IMG/VR virus record: IMGVR_UViG_3300031993_000018
Coordinates: 89,614-153,613 of that record
DNA length: 64,000 bases
Reading direction: 5' to 3' (one strand)
From: a virus
Taxonomy: Duplodnaviria > Heunggongvirae > Uroviricota > Caudoviricetes
The notes below the pieces were generated by a model, which searched no databases, had not been told where the DNA came from, and saw nothing but the letters and a program-made list of their open reading frames with translations. A program made the position numbers and the translations under genes. Shown here one piece after another: positions 19,909-30,770 of the stretch (position 1 is the stretch's first letter; each line of letters starts with the position of its first letter).

Positions 19909-20459
19909 TTGAGTTTATTTGTGCAATACTTGGTCTGGCACAGGGAGTTCTGGCCTGGCTTAACAAGAGAATCAACTGGCTTGTATATGCAGTGATGATG
20001 GTGTTTCTAATCATATTCTCTGCTGCCAACAATCTATGGGCAGATGTTTTTCAGAACTCAATATATGCAGCAATATGTCTTTATTCATACTTCATAATGT
20101 GGAACAAAGGTTCTGATTTTGACCACATATCAAAGATGAGTAATGAAAATAGATATTGGACTGTTGCGATAGTATTGTTGGCAACACTCCTGCTTGGTGT
20201 GTTGTTAAAGGGTACCAATGACCCCTTACCTGTGATTGATGCATTTACCACAGTTACTACATTTGGAGCCCTGATACTGATGTCACGACACAAGATAGAA
20301 TGTTGGATTATGTGGTTAATCAATGACATTGCTTACATTGTCCAGTACTATATGTTACCGGACCAGGCATGGTATTTGATATTCCTGTATATAATATGGA
20401 CAGGATTTGCCATTGGTTCATTGATAACTTGGAGAAAGCAAATGATAACTAATTCTTAA
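19905..20459 (+). CDS. pnuC: PnuC-family nicotinamide riboside transporter
   Basis: 184 aa multi-TM protein. N-terminal ICAILGLAQGVLAWLNKRINWLVYAVMMVF, Trp-rich helices and an overall layout resembling PnuC. Confidence 0.6.
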   Translation: MIEFICAILGLAQGVLAWLNKRINWLVYAVMMVFLIIFSAANNLWADVFQNSIYAAICLYSYFIMWNKGSDFDHISKMSNENRYWTVAIVLLATLLLGVLLKGTNDPLPVIDAFTTVTTFGALILMSRHKIECWIMWLINDIAYIVQYYMLPDQAWYLIFLYIIWTGFAIGSLITWRKQMITNS

Positions 20460-20463
20460 GAAT

Positions 20464-21282
20464 ATGTCAAAAGAGAAGGAAATAAAGAACTATATGGGTT
20501 ACAAGGAAGCCCTCCTTGAAGCAAGGAAAGAGGTGGAGGGTCTCATCAGTAGATATGAATCCATCAAGGCAAAAGATTCATACAGTGAGACATTCCAGAA
20601 AGCAAGGGTGATGGGATACAGGGATGTACTCTACAGAATAGGTAACCTGATTGCAAAGTATGACAATGAAGGTCATAATTATACTGCACTCAATGAAATC
20701 AATGAGGCAGCAGACAACTATGTTGGTCATCCAGAGGAAGTTGATGAAGGTATCACAGTATCCGGAAGGAGAGATGCCTTCAAGGATGGTGCCAAGTGGC
20801 AGATGAAGAAAGACTTTGATTTCTTCACAGGACAGATGGGTTTGTATGATCCGAATATGGAAGTGACTGATGAGGAGAAAATAGAAGCATTGAGGTTTGC
20901 TTATGACCTGGATGCTTATATGGAAGGTGAAGGTCCCAACATCACTGATGTGGTGAATGGTTACTATGGAGGTCTCCTTGCACAGAAGAAAAAGGATAGG
21001 ACAGAACATCTTGCATACCCTGTGACAGATACAACAAAGGATAAGATTGAACATTATATTGCTTCCACATTCCACACAGAAAGACCTGAACCTGTTCTCA
21101 TTGAAACAGTGGAAGAGGGTGTCAGACTCGGAAGACAGGAGTATAGGGATGAGATGATGAAGGATGCACTTGATGGATATATCTCTGTTGGTGGTAAAAG
21201 AAGACTCATAACAATCCTGGATGGTATGAAGGACTTCAAGTTTGGTGAAAAGATTAAGGCAATTATATTAAAGGATAAGTAA
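20464..21282 (+). CDS. Hypothetical protein, paralog family A
   Basis: FKDGAKWQMKKDF block and C-terminal FGEKIKAIILKDK, related to 13587 and 14110. Confidence 0.5.
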   Translation: MSKEKEIKNYMGYKEALLEARKEVEGLISRYESIKAKDSYSETFQKARVMGYRDVLYRIGNLIAKYDNEGHNYTALNEINEAADNYVGHPEEVDEGITVSGRRDAFKDGAKWQMKKDFDFFTGQMGLYDPNMEVTDEEKIEALRFAYDLDAYMEGEGPNITDVVNGYYGGLLAQKKKDRTEHLAYPVTDTTKDKIEHYIASTFHTERPEPVLIETVEEGVRLGRQEYRDEMMKDALDGYISVGGKRRLITILDGMKDFKFGEKIKAIILKDK

Positions 21283-21582
21283 ATGGGATTTCTTGAAAAA
21301 CCAAAATTGAGTGAACCAAATGAATTGGGATATCAGTTCGGTATAAATGAATCACTCACAAAATATGCACATGATAAACAAATGCAGAGTGCCAATACAT
21401 ACCTTCCGGGTGTCAAGATCACTGTAATGGAAGTATGGAAGGATGATAAACTGGTGGCATATCTTTTGGTTGATGAGAAGACAAACCAACCACTGAAGGA
21501 AGCACAGGGGTATGAAGCAGCTGCGGTTGATATTGATGCATACAAAATATTAGCTCAATCAAAACAACTTGAGAAGAATTAA
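21283..21582 (+). CDS. Hypothetical protein
   Basis: 99 aa ORF; followed by several tiny ORFs (21586..21714, 21718..21849, 21847..22065, 22061..22175, 22172..22360). Confidence 0.4.
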   Translation: MGFLEKPKLSEPNELGYQFGINESLTKYAHDKQMQSANTYLPGVKITVMEVWKDDKLVAYLLVDEKTNQPLKEAQGYEAAAVDIDAYKILAQSKQLEKN

Positions 21583-22373
21583 TTATGAGTAAGGAGGATG
21601 CCATTCAGGAGTTGGAAGAGTTACTCTATTACTGGAGACATATAAAGTTTTACAACAACAAATCTGAACAGGACGCTGTTGAGTTTGCAATTAACTACTT
21701 AAAAGAGAATTGATTATGAATGATGAGATTAAAAATTATCTCAAGAGTCATCTTGGTTTGAGATGGGAAGTTAATCGTCATGGAGATTATTTTCTGGATC
21801 TCACACTGGATAATGAGACAATAAGTAAGGTACCGTTTCATATGGATTGATTATGAACAGAGAAGAATTTATAGAGATGCTGGTTAAGCTTGCCAGAATA
21901 AGGTACAACCTGTCAGAAACTGAACTCAATGAGTTCAGGACAGTGTTGGAAATGATGCCGGACAGGGAATCATTGGATACAAGTATCCAACAGGTCAAAC
22001 CAAAGAAGAATCCCTGGCCACAGAACTTTGATAACATACCACTTATGTATGGACCCCCAAGATGATGACTATGTGTTTAAGTGCAGGTATTTTAATTGTA
22101 GGTATGCTGGCAGTCATATGTATATGTGTTGTGGAAATGTTTGATGACTGCGAAAATGACGATGACGAAGAATGAAAGCTACATTTGAAGATTGTATGGA
22201 TTGTCCATTCTGCCTGGTGAGCAAGAAGGACAGAAAGTATGCCAATGTGTTTTGTCATGGTTTGGACAAAGTGGTGGCTCAAGTACTGATAAAAGATGTC
22301 TTGGATAAGACAGCAAAAGCAGGACTTCCGCCAAACTGTCCATACATTGATAAGGATTAAAAAATGCGAAAAA

Positions 22374-22406
22374 ATTTGTTGGTTCAGATTTTTTTATTAT
22401 CTTTGT
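22374..22406 (+). promoter_or_regulatory. Bacteroidetes sigma-AB type promoter (TTTG, then 19 nt, then TATCTTTG)
   Basis: aaaaaaTTTGttggttcagatttttttatTATCTTTGtaatag, upstream of the gene at 22427. Confidence 0.55.
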
Positions 22407-22426
22407 AATAGAAATAGAAAGGATTT

Positions 22427-23032
22427 ATGAATAAAGATGATATTATCAAGATAGGTAGTCACAACAGTTGGTCTTTCAATCCAATAAAGCAGTTGTGGCT
22501 TAAACCTTTTTCATGGGTGGCAAGGTGTCAAAGAGTCACCATACTTGAACAGTATTTTGATTATGGGGTGAGAGTGTTTGATCTCAGACTCCGTTATGAC
22601 AAGAGATCCAAGTCATTTAAGGTCGCACATGGACTTGCTATATTCAAGTGTGATTGGGAGAATGACCTCAAGGATTTAAATGCCCTGGCTGCCCTCGATA
22701 CCATCTATTGTAGGGTTTTACTGGAAGATGATGAAAACCAGAAAGACCAGAAGGAGAATGATGAGAGGTTCAAGGCAGAGTGTCAGAGACTGGCAGAGAA
22801 GTATAAGAAGGTAATATTCTTTGGTGGTTTCCCGGCAAGATACAGGTGGAGAAAGGTCATATATGACTTCAAGACCAAAGAACCCACCCTGCATGACAAG
22901 TATTCATCATCAAAACTGGTGAATGGAAACAAGGTATGGCCTTGGCTCTATGCTTTCAACCACAACAAGAAAAACCTGAAAATGGGAACTAATTTTGATT
23001 TCCTTTTCATTGATTATGTTGACATTAGATAA
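22427..23032 (+). CDS. PLC-like phosphodiesterase (PI-PLC X-domain-like)
   Basis: IGSHNSWSF and GVRVFDLRLRY resemble the catalytic His motif and the G.R.FD.R block of bacterial PI-PLC. Confidence 0.4.
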   Translation: MNKDDIIKIGSHNSWSFNPIKQLWLKPFSWVARCQRVTILEQYFDYGVRVFDLRLRYDKRSKSFKVAHGLAIFKCDWENDLKDLNALAALDTIYCRVLLEDDENQKDQKENDERFKAECQRLAEKYKKVIFFGGFPARYRWRKVIYDFKTKEPTLHDKYSSSKLVNGNKVWPWLYAFNHNKKNLKMGTNFDFLFIDYVDIR

Positions 23033-23041
23033 AGATAAGAT

Positions 23042-23647
23042 ATGCTGACAGTAGATGAAATGAAGTCCAATTCTGAACTCTACACATTGAGGGAAAGTCT
23101 TGGAAGACACACCCAACCGGTGATGTTGGATTACAGAATAGGTGATGCCCTTGTGAGTGATGACCTCACACACAGGGGAAGAAAGTATGATATGGATGTT
23201 TATCTTGAGAAATACAAGACAAACCTTCAGCGTCCTTATGTATGGACATATCCACAGCAGAATGCTTTCATCCAGTCTGTCCTTTATGACAAGGTTGTAT
23301 CTCCATTTGTTGTAATCATGCACTCTTTGAGTAATGATGGTCTTGGTGACAAGATTGTATATGTCATTGATGGCAAGCAGAGGCTCACTACTGTCCATAA
23401 GTTTATGCACAATGAGTTTCCTGTTGAGGTTGGTGGTGAGAAATATTACTACAAGGATTTTGATGATGACTTGAAGACCTATTTCAACAGAAACCTTGAC
23501 CGCTTTGTGGCAATTGTGTATTACAGTTACCCTTATGAACCGGTCACTGATGATGAGAAGATCCAGATCTTCAACTTCTACAACTTCACAGGTACTCCCC
23601 AGGCAGAGGAACACAAGATTAAGTTACAGAACCTTTTGAAGAAATAA
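23042..23647 (+). CDS. Hypothetical protein
   Basis: 201 aa ORF. Confidence 0.45.
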   Translation: MLTVDEMKSNSELYTLRESLGRHTQPVMLDYRIGDALVSDDLTHRGRKYDMDVYLEKYKTNLQRPYVWTYPQQNAFIQSVLYDKVVSPFVVIMHSLSNDGLGDKIVYVIDGKQRLTTVHKFMHNEFPVEVGGEKYYYKDFDDDLKTYFNRNLDRFVAIVYYSYPYEPVTDDEKIQIFNFYNFTGTPQAEEHKIKLQNLLKK

Positions 23648-23649
23648 CT

Positions 23650-24021
23650 ATGTGCCTTTTATCAACATCTATTAAACCCAAGAAGGCCAAAGAGGATATT
23701 GTCTGCTACAAGTTCTTTTTTAAACGTAATGGACGCCTGATATCTCCCTGGACTCATTTTGAATGGAGAACAAATGTGACATACACTGCCAGAAAGGCTA
23801 AACCAATGTATCCTAATGAGATAAAGGATGGATACTTCCATAGTTTTACAACAAATGAAATAGCAGATGAGATGGCAGATCATTACTCTGGTATACGTCA
23901 TTGTTATGTATATGAGTGTGTAATCCCAAAGGGTACTTACTACTATACTGGTGAACATCGAGGACTTTCTGGATATGCATCCAAGAAATTGATTATCAAA
24001 AAGAATGTAAGTGTATTTTAA
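23650..24021 (+). CDS. Hypothetical protein
   Basis: 123 aa ORF. Confidence 0.4.
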   Translation: MCLLSTSIKPKKAKEDIVCYKFFFKRNGRLISPWTHFEWRTNVTYTARKAKPMYPNEIKDGYFHSFTTNEIADEMADHYSGIRHCYVYECVIPKGTYYYTGEHRGLSGYASKKLIIKKNVSVF

Positions 24022-24247
24022 GTTCCTAACATTATGATGTACATACTTGCAGGAAGAAGTTATCAATTATATGGCATCTTCTCCACAAAGGAGAAACTCA
24101 ATGAGGCCATCGCAGTCGTAAGGAAACATGACCCTTACACACATCTCTATTGGCAGGAGGTAGAGGTTGACAACTTTGACACAACCATTGCCTCATTCTT
24201 TACAATGCATCCGGAAAAACTTATAGAAATAGAAAAAGACACAGATT

Positions 24248-24973
24248 ATGAAATTTCTGATACAGACAGTAAATAAACAGATTACATATGACTTCATTTT
24301 TGAGTTGACCATATGTAAGGAATACTTTGATTGGATTGGAAGGGATTTCAAACTCAAGAAACATGAAGGTCTGAACTTTGATGATATAAAGAACCCGGAC
24401 CAGTATGTCCCTGTTGGTTCTGTTGAGTTTGTATCAGAGTATTTGAGGAAGTTTTACCCCCAGGCAGAGAAAGCACTCATACCTATCAATGTTCCAGAAC
24501 AGTTGTTCCCATTTGCCGGCAGAACCATTGCCAACATAACCAAACCGGAGGATATGAATGGGTTTGATTGTCTTGTGTACAGAAAGTCTTTGGATACAAT
24601 AAAGGATCCCAACAATGGATGGTGGGGATTTCCTGAATATGAATGGTGTAAGGGTTACCAGGTTTCCACTCCAATTGATAACATTATTTCTGAATGGAGA
24701 GTATTTGTATTCAATGATGTAATTGTGGATGCAAAAAACTACAGGGGTGACTTTTTCGTATGTCCGGATGAAGAAACAGTTTCCAATATGGTGAAAGCAT
24801 ATAAGAATTCACCCAGAGCATATACGCTTGATGTAGCAGTCACAAGTGAAGGTAAAACTGTAGTGATTGAGTGTCACCGGTTCTTTTCATGTGGTCTGTA
24901 TGGATTTTGTGAGCATGATAAATATCCTGTAATGCTTTCACAGGAATGGTTTGAAATGAAAAATATGAGATAA
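24248..24973 (+). CDS. ATP-grasp fold enzyme
   Basis: EWRVFVFNDVIVDAK and LDVAVTSEGKTVVIECH resemble ATP-grasp C-terminal strands (RimK-like E.RV.V.G.VV and D....G...V.E.N). Confidence 0.4.
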   Translation: MKFLIQTVNKQITYDFIFELTICKEYFDWIGRDFKLKKHEGLNFDDIKNPDQYVPVGSVEFVSEYLRKFYPQAEKALIPINVPEQLFPFAGRTIANITKPEDMNGFDCLVYRKSLDTIKDPNNGWWGFPEYEWCKGYQVSTPIDNIISEWRVFVFNDVIVDAKNYRGDFFVCPDEETVSNMVKAYKNSPRAYTLDVAVTSEGKTVVIECHRFFSCGLYGFCEHDKYPVMLSQEWFEMKNMR

Positions 24974-25580
24974 TTATGAACACTAAAAAAAGAAATGTAT
25001 TCTTTGATTTGTTTTACAAGAAATACAAATCCATTGATAAAATGAACTACATCAAAAATGTTATGGACTCTTGTGAGACAAAAGTACAATTGGATTCAGC
25101 GTATTCATGGGGAATTGAAATCATTTGGAAAACATGTAGTGCAATGAGAGAAATACTTGATAATGAATATGGTAGTATCTTTGCATTTCCTATTGAAGAT
25201 AAAATAATGGATATGTGTAAAGAAATATCAGATGAAATTACCAATCATTATAATAACATACTAAAAAGAAAGATATAAAAGAATGATATGATAGGTATTT
25301 TTATTTTCCCGGCAAAACCAAACAAGGATTACCTGTTCTACAAAGAACCCAGAAAAGTTCTTGAAATGAGTGATGATGAAATCATATCATCAAAAAATTC
25401 ATCAAGGGGTATTTTCTATAACATACATTATGACAATGAATGGGAAGGACTCAGTGATGCAGAAATTGTTGATAAGTGGAATGAAAAAGCGATAAACCTC
25501 CAAATTCAGATTGGTAACAGAAAATCCGGACTTGGTTATACATCAGTAGATAAGACTAAATTTATTAGAATAATAAGGAA

Positions 25581-26258
25581 ATGAAACACTATGACAGTAT
25601 TCCCAGACTCCAGGATGATGGAACACTGAAAGGAGAGATGGTCGCCGGGTACAACAAACTTGACGGTCAGAACTTCTGTGTCACATATAATTGTAGAAAG
25701 AAAACCTGGGGACCTTATGGATCCAGGACTGTCACTGTTGATGAGAACTCTGAACAGTTTGGGGACACGGTTAGATTCTTCAACAACTCCGGTTACAAGG
25801 AGATACTTGGAAATATCATCAAGGAGTATTCAGGTAAGGGAGATGTGTTCAATGGTGTTGAAGAAGTCACATTCTTCTTTGAGTGGTATGGGTGGAACTC
25901 ATTCGCTGGCAAACACAAGGAAGGTGACAAGATGCACCTGGCACTCATTGATGTGTTCCTGAAGAAGAGAGGTTATATGGAACCCAAATCATATGAGATG
26001 TGTTTCAGAAATTGCGGAATTGAACTTCCTGATCTCATATATTCCGGACCACTCAATGCAGACATTATAGAAAAGGTTCAGAACAATGACTGGACAGACC
26101 CGGATTGTTGGAATTCCAAAGTACATGAGGGTGTTGTCTTCAAAAGAACAACACTCCTGAAAGGACAGAGGAGACCATCAGTCAAGGTGAAGACCAAATG
26201 GTGGTTGGACACTCTCCACTCACTTTATACAGAAGAGGAATGTAAGAAACTTGAGTGA
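25581..26258 (+). CDS. ATP-dependent RNA/DNA ligase-like nucleotidyltransferase (small)
   Basis: Motif I KLDGQN (KxDGxN), motif IV-like EGVVFK and downstream lysines in RPSVKVKTKWW. Confidence 0.5.
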   Translation: MKHYDSIPRLQDDGTLKGEMVAGYNKLDGQNFCVTYNCRKKTWGPYGSRTVTVDENSEQFGDTVRFFNNSGYKEILGNIIKEYSGKGDVFNGVEEVTFFFEWYGWNSFAGKHKEGDKMHLALIDVFLKKRGYMEPKSYEMCFRNCGIELPDLIYSGPLNADIIEKVQNNDWTDPDCWNSKVHEGVVFKRTTLLKGQRRPSVKVKTKWWLDTLHSLYTEEECKKLE

Positions 26259-27111
26259 TATGGAAGGATACAGTATAAATCCATTAGACTATCTTAACCA
26301 GGCACTTAATTATGCACATCGTTGGAAACTTGATGTCAATCTTGAAAATCCGACCACAATACAGGACAAACTGTTCTGGTTGAATTTCTATGACCAGGAC
26401 ATCAGAAAGTCCAGATGTGCAGATAAACTGTTAGTCAGGGAGTATGCAAAAGAAAAACTTGGTTTTGACATCAACATACCAATATTAAAGGTGTATGACA
26501 GTGTTGATGACATAAACCTGGATGAACTCCCAGATAAGTTTGTCATAAAGTGTAATCATGGAAGTTCAATGAACATTGTTGTCAAAGACAAGAGTTCATT
26601 TGACTTTGAAAAAGCAAAGGACAAACTCAGGAAATGGATGAGTATTGATTATGCACTATATAATCATTATGAGTTCCATTACCATGACATACAACACAAG
26701 ATTCTGATTGAGGAATACAAGGAAGATCTCAAGACCAATGAACTCAGGGATTACAAGTTCAGCTGTTTCAATGGTGTTCCCAAAGTTATGTGTGCAATCA
26801 CAAACCTGTTCAAACACAATGAGACAACCAACTATTATGATATGGATTTCAATCCATTGACTGATATGTCCCTGATATATCATCCTGCAAACTACAATGT
26901 CCAGATTGATAAACCCAAAGGGTTTGAAAAGATGATAGAGTATGCCACAAAACTCTCCCAGGACTTTAAGTATGTCAGGGTAGATTTCTTCAGTATCAAT
27001 GGTGATGTGTATCTGAGTGAGATGACATTCACACCACATGCCATAATCTGGTTGAGATTCAATAACCCCAAATATGACCTTGAACTGGGTAATATGCTTA
27101 ATATAAAGTAA
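26251..27111 (+). CDS. TupA-like ATP-grasp protein
   Basis: IQDKLFWLNFYD, ADKLLVREYAKEKLG, FVIKCNHGSS, DYKFSCFNGVPK and FTPH blocks match what I recall of the TupA-like ATP-grasp family. Confidence 0.55.
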   Translation: MSDMEGYSINPLDYLNQALNYAHRWKLDVNLENPTTIQDKLFWLNFYDQDIRKSRCADKLLVREYAKEKLGFDINIPILKVYDSVDDINLDELPDKFVIKCNHGSSMNIVVKDKSSFDFEKAKDKLRKWMSIDYALYNHYEFHYHDIQHKILIEEYKEDLKTNELRDYKFSCFNGVPKVMCAITNLFKHNETTNYYDMDFNPLTDMSLIYHPANYNVQIDKPKGFEKMIEYATKLSQDFKYVRVDFFSINGDVYLSEMTFTPHAIIWLRFNNPKYDLELGNMLNIK

Positions 27112-27860
27112 TATGAATACAAGTTTCATTTATAAGGTGATATCTGAATCAGAAAGGTGGCAGGTAAGACGCAAGAGAAAGATCGAGAGGATGAAATTTC
27201 TGATGAAAGTTCTTGAAGACAGAAACCTTAACCTCCCTGAAAGATTTTATGGTATGCTGGCAAGGTGGGAGTCAGAATATAGAAGAGAATGTGAGGAATA
27301 TCAGCAACTACTTAACATAACCAAGAATGAAAAGAAAGAAGAAAGAATACAGTAACATCTGTGATATGAATGGGGAACTCATCCCATATGGTGTCCCTAT
27401 TGACTTCACATGGTGGGCATACTATGGGACAGAAGTTGAACTCCACCTGGTTGCGAAGATACGAAAGCGAAAATCCGGTGACATCTTTGAGTTCATAAAG
27501 GATGAACATGGAAGAGATTGTTTCTTCACTCACAGACTGACATCACTCAATTGGGAACCGGCAGATTTGGAAATATTAAATGAAAATGAGTTATGAACAA
27601 CATCTTTAATTATATCTTTAATTTTGGACCGGTAATTGTCTCCCTCATCCTCCTTATCTGGATGAGATGTTGTTGTGTATTCACAGAGAACATCAAGTTC
27701 CCGACAAGAGGACATATTGTACTGATTACACTGTTGTCAGCAATCCCCATTATAGGAATTATAACAGTGGCGGGTATGATTGCATTCTATATTGGATTCA
27801 GAGTGACAGGTGATTTACGTCTTAAAAGTAATAGATTTACTAAATTTTGGTTTGACATAG

Positions 27861-28388
27861 ATGAATGATTTTAAGAAAATAGTTTTCCTGGATATAGATG
27901 GTGTATTGGCATCCATCCAATTCTTGTGTGATCATCCCAAGTCATCAGGAATTGATCCGGAAAAGTGTAAACTCCTCAACACCCTTTCTGAAATAGGTGC
28001 TGAAATTGTCATATCCTCTTCCTGGGGACACGACAATGGCAGAACTGAAAAGACATTGAGACAATGTGGGTTGACCCTTCCAATCATAGGTTACACCCAA
28101 CATTTTTCCCAGGACTGGATATGTAGGGGTAATGAAATTGAGAAGTGGTTGACAGAGATGTATGGTGGTATGGGTACCAAGTTTGGTTACGATTGCGATA
28201 CGGGTGAACCATACTACAGGGAACACTTTAGTGATAATGATGTTGATTATGAGTATGTTATCTTTGATGATGACACTGATTTCCTGCTTGGACAAAAAGA
28301 CAACTTCATCAAAATAGATGAAAAGACAGGTCTGACAGAAGAGGACATCAACAAAGCAATTAAGATACTTACAAGAAGTGGCGAATAA
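27861..28388 (+). CDS. HAD-superfamily phosphatase (HAD_SAK / polynucleotide-phosphatase-like)
   Basis: Motif I VFLDIDGVL followed by a short ISSSW block, as in the HAD domains of Swiss-army-knife RNA repair proteins and PNKP phosphatases. Confidence 0.5.
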   Translation: MNDFKKIVFLDIDGVLASIQFLCDHPKSSGIDPEKCKLLNTLSEIGAEIVISSSWGHDNGRTEKTLRQCGLTLPIIGYTQHFSQDWICRGNEIEKWLTEMYGGMGTKFGYDCDTGEPYYREHFSDNDVDYEYVIFDDDTDFLLGQKDNFIKIDEKTGLTEEDINKAIKILTRSGE

Positions 28389-28401
28389 ATTTCGCCATTT
28401 T

Positions 28402-28433
28402 TTTTTTGTTATTTCAAAAAAATATATTATCTT
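28402..28433 (+). promoter_or_regulatory. Sigma-AB type promoter (TTTG, then 19 nt, then TATCTTTG)
   Basis: TTTGttatttcaaaaaaatatatTATCTTTGtaatag, preceded by hairpin terminator GGCGAAtaaatTTCGCC. Confidence 0.55.
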
Positions 28434-28457
28434 TGTAATAGATATAAACAAACAGAT

Positions 28458-29063
28458 ATGAAACTGATTGAATTAGGTACCCAGTATCTCACCCGTAAGG
28501 ATGAGGAAGAGGCTGCCAGACAGGCTGCCCAGAAGATTATGGAAGAGATTGAAACCCTGTGTCCTCACAAGGTTGGTGAGATAATCAAGTGGATTGGATC
28601 CAAGTGCAAGAAGGTTGGTCCGGTACATGATTCATATTGGACAACCGGTGACAAGGTTGAGAAGAAAGCTATGCTTTCCAAGGTTCAACCTGACATCTTC
28701 AAAACTCCTGATGGTGAGGTCAAGGTCAATTTCATATATACTTTCCGACCCATCACATCCAAGGGCAACCTGAGTCATATACATACTTCACCTGAAGAAG
28801 AATTTGAATGGACAGGGGAAATGTATGAGAACCCCAACAAGAAGGATTACACATCTGACTTTGAGCAGTTCAAGAATGAACACCCGGGTTGGGATAAGTA
28901 TGGTATCACTGATTCAATGGCATATGACCTGATGGATTGGTATGATATAAAGCACAACATCACACTTGAACTGGATGAAGATGGTGAGGCAATATGTGCA
29001 AGTGATGAGGGACATGAGTTCGCAAGATATGTCTGGACTGAGATTCTCGGTCTTGTATGGTAA
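28458..29063 (+). CDS. Hypothetical protein
   Basis: 201 aa ORF. Confidence 0.45.
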   Translation: MKLIELGTQYLTRKDEEEAARQAAQKIMEEIETLCPHKVGEIIKWIGSKCKKVGPVHDSYWTTGDKVEKKAMLSKVQPDIFKTPDGEVKVNFIYTFRPITSKGNLSHIHTSPEEEFEWTGEMYENPNKKDYTSDFEQFKNEHPGWDKYGITDSMAYDLMDWYDIKHNITLELDEDGEAICASDEGHEFARYVWTEILGLVW

Positions 29064-29082
29064 ACAATTAAACACTAAGGAT

Positions 29083-29415
29083 ATGAAGAAGATTTTATTT
29101 TTACTTTGTCTTATGTTGTGTCTGGTCTCTTGCGGGCCATTAGGCAGATGTGACTATAAGAGTACAATCACATACAAACTGGATGGAGTATCCCATACAG
29201 AATCAATATTGATGGAAGACATACAAGAGTATTCTGTTCCATCTTATTCCTGTAGTCCAAAGGGGTTACAGATAATTGCTTCTAATGGTCCATACATCAC
29301 CTACCGTAAAAAGATATACACAGGAAATCTTCCCATTGAGGTTGAAAAATTTGAATACAAGACATTGAGAACATACAAGGTTTCCGCATGGAGTGGAAAG
29401 GAAATTAAGAAATAA
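29083..29415 (+). CDS. Putative lipoprotein
   Basis: MKKILFLLCLMLCLVSCGP: signal peptide with lipobox LVSC. Confidence 0.45.
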   Translation: MKKILFLLCLMLCLVSCGPLGRCDYKSTITYKLDGVSHTESILMEDIQEYSVPSYSCSPKGLQIIASNGPYITYRKKIYTGNLPIEVEKFEYKTLRTYKVSAWSGKEIKK

Positions 29416-29971
29416 TCATATGTTTGGAGATACAATAGATGATATGATGGTCATTATGGACAATGGTGTAAAGTCAAACCAGTCTGTCTATTCCGATCGC
29501 CTTTGGCAGATGAACCCCAAGAAGTATGACTCCTGTTGTATGAAGGTGTGGGGTAATGAAGGTCAGACTTTCTATGGCAGAGAGTTCAATGACATTGAGA
29601 AGTTCCTGAAACTCTATACAGAAAACAATGACCTGATACTGTGTAGAGTACTCCAGACAGAGAATGTCTCCAATGGTTACCCGCTGTGGAGATTTGATTA
29701 CAAGATATAAAAAAGTTATGGCAGCATCAAAATTACCTAAAATCAATGTAGTTCGCATCACAAAGAACTATGTAACATTCAAGAGGGAAGACTTTGAAGC
29801 ATTGAAGGCTGCATATCTTGATTTGTATAATGAACACAAGAATGACCCCAATGTCGGTAAGTCTGTCAAGGATCAATGGCTTGGACACTATCTGATGTTG
29901 TCTGAGATTTGTGGTAAATGGTCATTTCCCACTTTAGAAACAAAACCGGAAACAAATAAAACAAAATAATT

Positions 29972-30532
29972 ATGGCTTATAAAGGAGACCCCGAAAAGGA
30001 TTTGATGGTCCAGTTTCTTGACCAGAAAACAATGTCATTCCAGACATTAATAGATGGTGTTGAGAATTTCAAACACAACTGTGAGTTAAACCATATTGAC
30101 CCCAGGAATGTTCCATTTGTCATAGAGACAGATGGTCTCAAATATGCTGTACCCTGGTATGGTATCAGTCTTGGTATAGGAAAGGGTACAAGAGTTGCTG
30201 TGGAGTTTTCCAAGGATAAAAAGTGCATGCCCATTGTACCTGATGTAAGACCTGAGGGTGAGGGTGAGTACTGGAGTTCAAGAGGTCCAGGTTACCCGGA
30301 CATATCCGGTTTCGTAAAGAGCAAGCAGGCCGGTGAGAGAATTGATGCTATGGTTGACAGGGTACTTGGTACCAAGAATCACAAGACCTGGCTTGATTAC
30401 AGGGAGTTTGAACCCACCTGGATCCAATACAAGTTCCACAAGGATGAGTTTGATATGGAGAAACTGGACAAACTGACCAAGGATAATGATTATATCATCA
30501 CTGAAGAAATCATAAGGAGGTGTAAAAGATGA
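29972..30532 (+). CDS. Hypothetical protein
   Basis: 186 aa ORF. Confidence 0.45.
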   Translation: MAYKGDPEKDLMVQFLDQKTMSFQTLIDGVENFKHNCELNHIDPRNVPFVIETDGLKYAVPWYGISLGIGKGTRVAVEFSKDKKCMPIVPDVRPEGEGEYWSSRGPGYPDISGFVKSKQAGERIDAMVDRVLGTKNHKTWLDYREFEPTWIQYKFHKDEFDMEKLDKLTKDNDYIITEEIIRRCKR

Positions 30533-30770
30533 AAGGAAAGGCAAGACTGATACGAAAGGAAGATGGCAGATATTATGTCTATGCAAAGGACTTCTGGTTT
30601 CAGAGGTGGAAGCCATTGACATACAGTGAGAATAGTGATGTACAGATTTCATTCAAGGACTTTGCTGAATTTGGGGAGGTAACCCAGATTGAAACTTTTG
30701 ATGTCATCACATTATCTTATGACAAGTTTTCAGGAATGAGAGGTTGACTATGTAACATAAAGAAATAACT

